Shown here in pieces: positions 8,050 to 17,700 of a DNA stretch of 64,000 nt. Positions within the stretch are counted from its first letter, which is position 1; every line of letters begins with the position of its first letter. The stretch is taken from the NCBI GenBank assembly GCA_016218965.1, contig JACRCP010000248.1, positions 10,517 to 74,516 of the forward strand, in the 5' to 3' direction. The position numbers and the translations under genes were made by a program. The notes below the pieces were generated by a model. The model saw nothing but the letters and a program-made list of their open reading frames with translations, was not told the DNA's origin and searched no databases. Origin of the DNA: Deltaproteobacteria bacterium. Its GTDB lineage: Bacteria; Myxococcota; SpSt-1050; JACRCP01.

Positions 8050-9843
8050 TCACGCCGAGACGGCGTCTTTCCCATTTTTGGCGGCGGCGCGTTCGCCCCG
8101 GAGCACTTTGGGGAGTCTGAAGATCGTGAACGCGACCATCGAGAGCGTTAGCACGGCAAGCACTATCGCCGCCGCGGTGAGAAGCGTGTTCCCGACCGAG
8201 TAGTATTTTTTCACAAGAAGCCAAAGCGACGCGCAGGTGGTGACAAGTATGAAGACCGCAGGGACGAGCGTGTAGATCGCCCGTTTGCCGTGCATGATGA
8301 GCCACGCCGAGACGACAAACAACGTGAGGGCGGCCAATAGTTGGTTGCTCGTCCCGAACAGCGGCCACAGGGCGTGGAAAGAGTTGGTGAAGGCGAGGAC
8401 CGCCATCAGGACCACCGAGAGCCCCGAGTTGAACCACGCGTGGCGCATGACGCCGGGCACGCGCTCGTCACTGCCGAAGGCGATTCGCCAGAGCTCCTCG
8501 AAAAGATACCGGTTGAGGCGCACCGCTGCGTCGAGCGTGGTGATTACGAAGCCCTCGACCAGCAAGATCCCGAAGACCGTGGCCAGCGCCTGCGGGATGT
8601 GGATTGTGCGGTCGAGCAGATGCCCGACGGCCAGTGAGAAAGCGAGAATCGGGTTCGACGGCAAGAGCTTCGCCTGCTCGGCTGTGGGCCACACCAGAGC
8701 CAGGTAGTCGTCAAAGGCGAGGCTCGACCCGAGGGCAAGCACGACGAGCAGGGCGAGCACCCCCTCGAGGAGCATCCCGTCGTAGCCGATCCGTTTGGCG
8801 TGCGCCTCGGTCGCAATCTGTTTTGCTGTCGTCCCGCCGGCGACCAGCGCATGGAAGCCCGAGATGGCCCCGCAGGCGACCGTGATGAAGAGCAGGGGCC
8901 AGATCATCCCGAGGCGTGCCGTTCCTTGCGCGATGTTCTCAGCGGGGATCTGCATCTTGGCGCCCTGCAGGCCGCCGATGATGACGCCGGCCGCAAGCAG
9001 GAAGAGTCCCGCGTAGAGGATCTGGACGTTGATGAAGTCGCGAGGCTGAAGGATGAACCAGACCGGAAGCACCGCCGCGAACATGACGTAGACCGAAAGG
9101 ACAACCATCCAGACCTTGGGGTCGAGGCTGATGGGGGCGTAGATGCCCGCCACGACCGAGCCGATGCAGATTGCCGCCGCGAGCATGTATGCCGCGACGG
9201 TGTTCATCTTCCGGCGGTAGATGAGATAGCCCAAAAGAGGGGAGAGCAGGGTGATGATGACGACCGAAGTCGAGGCGATGCCGCCAATCACGCCCAGGAC
9301 CCGGCCGTCGGCCGCCGTCACGACTTTCAGGAACGACTGCCCGGCCGAAAGCCCGAGCTTTTCGACCGGCCACATCGAGGTGAGCGACACCGCGGTCGCG
9401 GCGAGGAAGTTCGAGGTTACGAGCACCAGCATCACGATGGTGAACAGGATGAACATCACGAAACTCGTGCGCCCCAGCGTCGTGCGCGACACGTCGGCCA
9501 TCGAGCGGCCGCCCTCGCGGACGGACACGAAGATCGCCGTGAAGTCGTGAACGGCGCCAAAGAACACACACCCCAGCACGATCCAAAGCCAGACAGGGGT
9601 GTAGCCGTAAAGGATTGCGATGGTCGGCCCCAAAATGGGGCCCGCCCCCGCGATGGCCGAGAAGTGGTGCGCAAAGAGGACGTGGATCCGCGTGGGGACA
9701 AAGTCGCGGCCGTCGTTTTTGACGACAGCCGGGGTAGGCTGGGCCGGGTCGACGCCGAAGTTCCTGCCTATGACCCGTGCGTAGAACCGGCTCGCCAGCG
9801 CGAAAACCGCCACGCCCGCGACGAAGAGCACCAGGATGTTCAT
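8050..9843 (-). CDS. cstA: Carbon starvation protein A (peptide/pyruvate transporter family)
   Basis: 597-aa polytopic membrane protein with a CstA N-terminal signature (HHFSAIAGAGPILGP, GYTPVWLWIVLG). Confidence 0.85.
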   Translation of the reverse strand: MNILVLFVAGVAVFALASRFYARVIGRNFGVDPAQPTPAVVKNDGRDFVPTRIHVLFAHHFSAIAGAGPILGPTIAILYGYTPVWLWIVLGCVFFGAVHDFTAIFVSVREGGRSMADVSRTTLGRTSFVMFILFTIVMLVLVTSNFLAATAVSLTSMWPVEKLGLSAGQSFLKVVTAADGRVLGVIGGIASTSVVIITLLSPLLGYLIYRRKMNTVAAYMLAAAICIGSVVAGIYAPISLDPKVWMVVLSVYVMFAAVLPVWFILQPRDFINVQILYAGLFLLAAGVIIGGLQGAKMQIPAENIAQGTARLGMIWPLLFITVACGAISGFHALVAGGTTAKQIATEAHAKRIGYDGMLLEGVLALLVVLALGSSLAFDDYLALVWPTAEQAKLLPSNPILAFSLAVGHLLDRTIHIPQALATVFGILLVEGFVITTLDAAVRLNRYLFEELWRIAFGSDERVPGVMRHAWFNSGLSVVLMAVLAFTNSFHALWPLFGTSNQLLAALTLFVVSAWLIMHGKRAIYTLVPAVFILVTTCASLWLLVKKYYSVGNTLLTAAAIVLAVLTLSMVAFTIFRLPKVLRGERAAAKNGKDAVSA

Positions 9844-9930
9844 CCCGCCAATCCTTATGGGTGCCCCCCGACGAATGCGATTATTGTCCGGCCAGAAGCT
9901 GTGTCAAGCGTGGCCGCGGGTTTGCAGGAT

Positions 9931-11175
9931 TCAGTTCGGGACGCCGTCGCGCGGCGCGCCGTTCGGCCAGCCGAACAGAACGGGGTACGGGTCCCCCAAA
10001 AGAAACTCCTCAAGCGGCATTTCGTCGCCGCCGACGACAAGCGCCTTCGAGCCTTTGAACCTTTTGCAAAACGCTTGGATGCCTTTCCCGATTTTGGCGC
10101 GGCCGGATTTGACCTCGACGCCCACGATGGTCTCGCCTTTTTTCACCACAAAGTCGACTTCGTCGCCGCGCTCGCGCCAGTAGTGCAGCGCCGCACCGCG
10201 ATGCGAGAGGAGGTTGTAGAGGTGGGCGCCAACCGCGTTCTCGGCAAGACGCCCCCATCTCGCGCCATCCGCCTTGGCAACGTCAAACTCGCGGCCGACC
10301 GCAGCGTTCGTCAGGGCATTGTCGAGGATCAGGATCTTCGGGCTCGACGCCCTTTGGCGAACCACCGAACCGGAAAACCTCGACAGCGGAACGACCAAAC
10401 CCGCGGAGCCCAGGAGGTCAAGGTAGGACGCAACAGTGGTCGCGTTCCCGGCATCCTGAAGTTGGCCCACCATCTTTGCGAAGGCAAGAATCTCGGCGGG
10501 GTGTGCGCACGCGAGGTGGAAGACCTGCCGGAGCAGGGCAGGTTTTTCGATCGGGTTCATCAGGAGGATATCTCTGCCTAACACGGGTTCAATCAGAGCA
10601 TCGCGGACGTACTGCTGCCACCTGACCTCGTCACCCCCCGCGGCGAGAAGCAGTGCGATCGCGCCAGGGTATCCGCCAAAAAAAACGAAGTGCTCAAGGT
10701 CAACGCCAAATGCCTCGCGGCACTCCGCGAACGACCAGTGCCGAAAAGGAATCAACTCGAATCTTCCGGCAAGGCTTTCGTTAAGCCCTTTCTGGACCAG
10801 CAGCGACGAAGATCCCAGGATCACTGTCCTTAAGCGCGAATGCGAAAAAACATCTTCGTCGTGGAAACGTTTGACCGCCTCGCTCCACCGGGGGATTTTT
10901 TGAACTTCGTCAAACACAAGCAGCACCCCGCCGCCGCGCTCGCAGAGCTCACGCGCCTCGGCCCATCGGCCGGCAATCCACCCGGTTGACGGCGGTGCCA
11001 GAAGGTCGGCGGTGGCGTAGACCGATGGAATGCTCGTTTCGGAAAGGAACTGCCGAATCGCGGTGGTTTTCCCAACCTGCCGCGGCCCGATGATAACTTG
11101 GAGCAGGTTGGGACCACCCGAGAGCCTTTCCGATAAGCCGGAAAGGGGTCCATTTCGCTTGTAACCGTTAGCCAT
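9931..11175 (-). CDS. AAA-family ATPase with C-terminal DUF4143-like domain
   Basis: Walker A (GPRQVGKTT) and Walker B (VLLVFDEVQ). Followed by a restriction-endonuclease-like C-terminal region typical of the 'ATP-binding protein, DUF4143' family. Confidence 0.75.
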   Translation of the reverse strand: MANGYKRNGPLSGLSERLSGGPNLLQVIIGPRQVGKTTAIRQFLSETSIPSVYATADLLAPPSTGWIAGRWAEARELCERGGGVLLVFDEVQKIPRWSEAVKRFHDEDVFSHSRLRTVILGSSSLLVQKGLNESLAGRFELIPFRHWSFAECREAFGVDLEHFVFFGGYPGAIALLLAAGGDEVRWQQYVRDALIEPVLGRDILLMNPIEKPALLRQVFHLACAHPAEILAFAKMVGQLQDAGNATTVASYLDLLGSAGLVVPLSRFSGSVVRQRASSPKILILDNALTNAAVGREFDVAKADGARWGRLAENAVGAHLYNLLSHRGAALHYWRERGDEVDFVVKKGETIVGVEVKSGRAKIGKGIQAFCKRFKGSKALVVGGDEMPLEEFLLGDPYPVLFGWPNGAPRDGVPN

Positions 11176-11358
11176 ATCTTATTGATATCACAAATATATA
11201 TCAGCACGCAACAATTTATTCACTCGCTTGAACTATTTGTATTCGACTCCCCCGGACGGGCAAATCACGACGTCGTCTGGTGACCAACGCTTTGCACCTA
11301 ATAGACATGGAGAAAGCAGGAGTCGTCAAAGACGGCCACGTGGTGCCGGAGGCGGGCG

Positions 11359-11604
11359 ATGGCGGGACCGGCGGGTGGCCCGATTGAACAACCCGCAGTT
11401 GGACAACCGGCCGCCGACCCGCAATTGTTGGACCAAGGCGAGCTGGCGTCTTTGGAAGCCGGACAAGCCGCCAAAACCGTCGATGCCGAAATCCGAAAGG
11501 CCGAACGTCTTCTGGCGAGTTGCGAACCCGGCTCGGGCCAACACCGAAATCTCAGCCGCCGTGTAACCATGCTCAATAGACTCAAAGAGAAAATGCAAAA
11601 ATGA
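11359..11604 (+). CDS. Hypothetical small protein (81 aa), uncertain
   Basis: Only open frame in a 545-bp relatively AT-rich intergenic region. No recognisable motif. The C-terminus is basic and helical. Confidence 0.2.
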   Translation: MAGPAGGPIEQPAVGQPAADPQLLDQGELASLEAGQAAKTVDAEIRKAERLLASCEPGSGQHRNLSRRVTMLNRLKEKMQK

Positions 11605-11756
11605 CCGTGTTGTCGCACCCGTTGTGTGGTTCGTGATTGCCGACTCCACGACATTGGCGTTCGACATCCGGGCCGCACAAACCTGCCCAAAATCCCTTTC
11701 ATATGGTATATTTGTAAAAGTTGCCTGAACTTGAGACGGCATTCCCGGAGGTTGTC

Positions 11757-14700
11757 ATGTCGAGGAGTTTTTTGGCATTCGGTGCGGCGGTCGTTCTTCT
11801 CGCCGCTTGTCAGACCGGAGACCAGGACAAAGCAGAGGTGCCGCCTGCGTCGGACGGGGCGTTTGAGCTCCACCACACCGACGAAATCCCGGCGCTTCGG
11901 ACCGGCACGTCATGGACACGGGCACTGCCGGATGGCAAGCGCCTGGCGCACATCTCGACCGCGCCGATCCACTACACCGACGAAACCGGCACACTCCGCA
12001 AGATTGACGTAAACATCGTCCCCGTCGCCCGCCGCGACCTCCCCAACGCCGCCTTCGGCGTCGAGAAGAACCTTTTCAAGACCTACTTTCCCGCCCGGGC
12101 GGGGGAGGGGGTGACCGTCGAGCTTCCGGGCGGCCATCGGATCGAGATGTGGCGCGAAACGGCGGTCGCGGCGCTGGACGACGCGTACGCGCCCCTTCAC
12201 GCGCTCGTCCCTGAGGCGTCGCTCGGCGAACCTCGCGAACACGCTGTTTCGTACCGAGGGTCCTTCCGCAACATTGACGAGCGGTTCACCGCCGGACCAG
12301 TCCTCCTGAAACACGACGTCGAGATCAAATCCCGCGACGCGCTGCCGAGCGTACACCGCCTGGCCTACCTCGCCTTCTCCGAGGACGTCGTCTTGTCGCA
12401 CGGGCTGCGGCTCTCCTGCGACGGGCAGGTGATCGCAGAACCCACCGTCTGCCAAGGGGGGCTGGAGGTAATGGATGCCTCCGGGGGCTTCATCGCCGGG
12501 TTCAGGGCGCCTTGGTATCGCGACGCGGCATCGGCGGCCCCGTTGGGCCCTGCTGGTGCCGCCGGGCGGGCGGCCTATCTTGTGTCGCCCGGGAACGGCG
12601 TTTTTCGCCTGTCCGTCGTGGTGCCCTTCGGATGGCTCAACGACGAGGCGCGCGTTTTCCCCGTTGTCATCGACCCCACGGTTTCGCCCGAGGCGAATGC
12701 CGACACTTGGATATTTTCATCGTGTCCCGACACCAACGGTTCGCCGTATCAAGCGATGTACGCGGGCAGGGACGGAGGAGACTTGTTCGTCGACTGCAGT
12801 CCCGCGAGCAACCTCCGCGCCCTTGTGAAGGCCGATCTTTCGTCGGTCCCGATCGGCGCTACCGTGGACGCGGCGACGTTCAACGCGTACCTCGCCGATT
12901 CGTGGTACGACGGCACCACGACAAGCTACACGGTCAGCCGCCTGACTGGAGCCTGGAGCGAGGCGGTGACTTGGAACACGCAGCCGGGGATTGACTCGCC
13001 GGAGGCGACGGTTGGAATCCCATGGAGCTACGACATCTGGATTTCTTGGAGCATCCCCGTCATGGCGCAGTACTGGGCGAGCAACCCGACGGGGAGCCAC
13101 GGGCTCGCAATCCGGCACTGGAATGAAGGGTCTCAGACCTCGATGCGGCAGTTCTGGACGCGCGAGTACTCCGGCGGACATCCGTACTTTTCGGTCACCT
13201 ACACCCCCGACTCCACGGCCCCCGCCTTCCAGTCGACGACGGTCACCGGTGCCAGGTACCAGAACGGCAACGACTATTGGGTGCGGGGGGGCGAGCAGGT
13301 CAAGATAGCCGTCAGGCACTTCGACAACCAATCCGGCTTGAAGATCCAGCAGGTCGACCTTTACAACGGCTCGTGCAACTCGTGGATCGACCACTACTGG
13401 GATTCGCACAGCAACATCGTGAGCTACGTCCCCGGCGGGTGCAGCCACGTAACGTTCCCCGCGCCCACGGCCGAGGAGATCGAAAACGCCGGCGGCTACA
13501 CGACGACGAGGTTCACGGCACAGTTCACAGGGGGCGACTATGACTACCCCGTGCAGGGGAGGGCGTGGGACTACGCGACCAACGATTCGAACCTCGCAAA
13601 CGACGGCAAGTACGTCAAGACCGACGACACCGATCCTTCGATATCGAATCTGAGCCCCTCGGGCGGTTTTGTCTCGGGGGTCGTCACGGTGTCGGCCGAC
13701 GTCACCGACGCGCGGAGCGGCCTGAAATCGGTCGTTTTCTCGATTGGGGACGCCGCGTGCTCCGGGGGGTGGACCGACCTCGGGGCGCCGAGCCAGGCCG
13801 GGAACACCTTCTCGTCATCGTGGGACACCTCGGGAAGGCCCGAGGGGACGTATTGCATCAGGGCCGTCGGCACGGACAACGCGGATCGCACCGCCACCGC
13901 CACGACGACGGTTTCCGTCGACCGGACCGCGCCTTCCATCACCTCGCGCCAGCTCGACAAGGCGCAGGTGATCCCCAACGGCAGCGAACAACTCACCGTG
14001 ACCATTGCGGCCCAGGACTCGTCGAATCCAGTCTGGTGGATCAAAGGACGAATCAACTTCGACGGCTCGGCCGACCTTGCCGCCTGCCAGAACAACCCGC
14101 CCGACCCGCCTTGCCGCGGCTCGTTCGTGTGGAGTCCGGACCAGAGCTATCTTGTGGCAAGCGGTTATGTTTCCATCACCTCCTGTTCCGGCGGAGGCTA
14201 CGGCGCGCTAATAGACGCGTGGGGAGGGAGCACCTACCTGACACTGGCAAGCTGCACCGGCGGCGTCGCGGGAAACGCCGCCACGGCCGCCTGGACGATC
14301 TCACTCACACCCGCGTTCGGCGAACACACCGGCAACTGGATCTCTGCTGATGCCGCAGACATCTCCAACAACGTCGGCAGCTGGGGTCCGACCGCCCCGG
14401 CGGCGCCCATGTTCGACACGCTGGCCCCCACGCCGACGACGCCGCAGTTCAGCCCGGTCCCGCCTGCGTTTACCAAGGGCACGTCCATCAACCTCCAGTG
14501 GACGGCTTCGTCCGAGCCGGTCTACGGGATCAAGGAGTACGAGGCCGCGCGGACGAACACTCCGGCCGAGGCGCAGTCGTGCGGCGCGTCGCCTCCCGCG
14601 GGATACACGTCGAGCGGCGCGGTCGGAGGGACAAACCACATCTTCTCGGGCCTTGTGGACGGCCAGAAGTACTGCCACTGGGTCCGCGCCAAAAGCAACG

Positions 14701-17700
14701 CCGACAAGTACTCGGCGTGGTCAAACCCGGCGTCGTCCACGCAGGACAACACCAACCCGACCTGCGCGCTCGACGGCGTTACGGGCACCGCGGGCATCGT
14801 GTATTTCAATACGACGATCAAACGCGTCTACTACAACAACTCGACATCCGGCGGGAACATAGACGTTCTGGCGTCCGGTGCCGACGCGGCCTCGGGGATC
14901 GTGAGCATCAACTTCCCGACCATCGGCGGGTTTTCGGGGAGCGGGAACGACACGACGGCGCCCTACCGCTCGTCCGACGTCTCGGCCTACTCGTTCACGC
15001 CTGCCAGCACTTTCACGGGATCGGGTTTCGCCATTTGCACCGACGGCGTCAACAACCAGACGCCGGCCTCGTACTCGATCGAGCGCGACATCCTTGCGCC
15101 GGAAGGCGGCCTGATCTCATATCCCAACGGCACATCCGGGGCGGCGGCCGTCACGGTCCAGTGGGACGACGGGTCGGACTCGGGCTCCGGATTGGGCTCG
15201 GTTCAGCTCCGCCGCGCCGAGGCGGCCTACTCGGGCGGCTCTTGCGGTTCTTTCGGCCCGTTTGCCGACGTCGGGAACCAGACCGTCGGCGGGCTTTCAT
15301 GGATTGACACCGGCATCCAGGTGAACAAGTGCTACAAGTACGAGGCCCTTGTCGCCGACAATGTGGGAAACGCGGTCACGTACGACAATACCAACGTCTT
15401 TGTCCGCATCCCCGGCGCCCCGGCCGACCCCGCAAAGAGCACAATCTCGGCGGCGCCGCAGACGCTTCCGGCCGACGGCGCCGCAACGTCCACGATACTT
15501 GTGACCGCCATAGATACCAACAGCCAGAACATGGGCGCCGGACAGGCGGTCGCAATCGCAATCGAAGCGGGCACGGGGACGCTTCTGGGTACAGTCGAGG
15601 ATAAGGGGAACGGGACGTACACGCAACTTCTTCAGGCCGGCACGAAGCCCGGTTCCGCCACGTTGAGCGCGACAATCAACGGAGTGCTCCTGAACGGCCG
15701 GGCGACGGTCACGTACGTCGTCGGGCCGGTCGACAAAGACAAGACCGAGATCATCGCGGTGCCGGCATCGATCGTCGCCGACGGGTCGAGCACCTCGACG
15801 ATAGTAGTGACGCCGAAGGACGCGGGGGGCAACCTGATCGGGAAAGGCCAGACCGTCACGGTCACGCTCGCGAGCGGCACGGGAACGCTTTCCGGGGCGG
15901 TCGCGGACAAGCAGGACGGGACGTACGAGCAGACCGTCACGTCGCCCACCGCCGCCGGGAGCGGCGAGTTCGAGGCCGAGGTCAATTCCGTCAAGATCAC
16001 CAGTCGTGCGGCCGTCACGTACACCGCGGGAGGCGCGGCGAAACTGGCATTCGTCGTCCAACCGCCGGCCGCCGTGCAGGCGGGTGCCGTGATGGCGCCG
16101 TTTTCCGTGGCGGTCGCCGACGCCAACGGGAACGTCGTGACGGGGGACAACGCCACGCAGATCACGCTCTCGCTCGACGCGGGCACGGGCACGCCGCAGG
16201 GAACGCTTTTGCGGGCGGTGTCGGCCGGCGTCGCCTCGTTCGACGACGTGTCGCACCGCACGGCCGAAACGATCCGGTTCCGCGCCAGGAGCGCGCCGCC
16301 GCACGCCGAAGCGACGAGCAGCGACGTCGTCGTGAGCGCCGGTCCGGCGGACCACGTCGTGGCTACGGCGCTTGCCGGGTCGGTGCTCATCGGAACGCAG
16401 GCCGCCGTCGAAATCGCGGTGAAGGACCGGTTCGAGAACACCGCCGCCGGCGCGCGCGAGGTGACGGTCACCGTGGACCGGGCCGCTCAGATCGCCGCTA
16501 CGACGCTTGCGGGCGCCTCGGGGATCGGAACCGCCGCTGTGACGGGCACAACCGCCGCCGACGGCACGGCCCAGGTGAGCGTCACAGATGCGACACCCGA
16601 GGTAGTGACAGTGGCGCCCGACGGGGCGGGCCTGCCCGAGCAGTCGCAAAACGTCGCGGCAACGGTCCAGTTCGTCCGCGAGACCCCCGATCACATTGTG
16701 CTCTCGATCCCCGCGGGCGAGGTCAGGGCGGGCGTGAGCCGGGTGATAACCGCAAAGGTCAGGGACAAGAACGACCAGGACCTTTCGGCGCAGGTCATTG
16801 TGACCATCAGGGCCGAGAAGGGCGCGCAGTTCACCGCGACCACTCTTGCCGCCTCGTCGGGGATAGGCACTGCGGTCCTTTCGGGGACCATCCCGGCGTC
16901 GGGCGCGGCCGAGGCGACAATCACGGACACGGTGGCCGAGACCGTGAACGTTGTGCCGGAGGCCCAACTCGCCCAAACAATGCCGCACACTGGTGTCACG
17001 GTGACCTTCGTCCCGAACGTCCCGGCGGGGACCGTGACGCTATTGCCGAACCCCGCGAAGATCCGCGCCGACGGCGTGTCGGTCTCCACCGTCACCAGCG
17101 GCGAAATCAAGGACCAGTACGGCAATGTCGAACGCGACGGCACGCTCATCACGGTCGCTTCGTCTAAAGGGAACATAAACGCATCCGACGCCTCGGCGGC
17201 CAATGCCGGGATCCAGGTCGCGACGCTCGGCGGGGTTGTCACGTTCGATGTCAGGGCCGATGCGACGCCCGGTGTGGCCGATGTCACCGTCGCGTCCGTG
17301 GAGGGAAGCGCGGCGGGGGCGGCGACGCTCGAGTTCGCAGCAAACGGCGCGCCCACGGCAGACGCGGGCGCCGACGTAGAGGCGGTCGGCGGCGACGCCG
17401 TCACGCTTGACGGATCGGCGTCGAGCGATCCCGAGGGCGACGCGCTGACGTTTGTCTGGACGCAGACCGCCGGTGAGCCGGTGGCGCTGTCGGATGCCAC
17501 CGCCGAAAAACCGGGCTTTGACGCCCCGGACGTGTCGGACATGCAGGAGCTCGAGTTTGCGCTCGTGGTAAACGACGGGTTGGGCGCTTCCGCGCCCGAC
17601 ACGGTCAAGGTGACCGTGACGCCGGGCGCCGGCGCGGCCCCCAAGATCACGAGCACGCCGGCCCTCAAGGCGACGACCGGCGAGCCGTACCATTATGACG

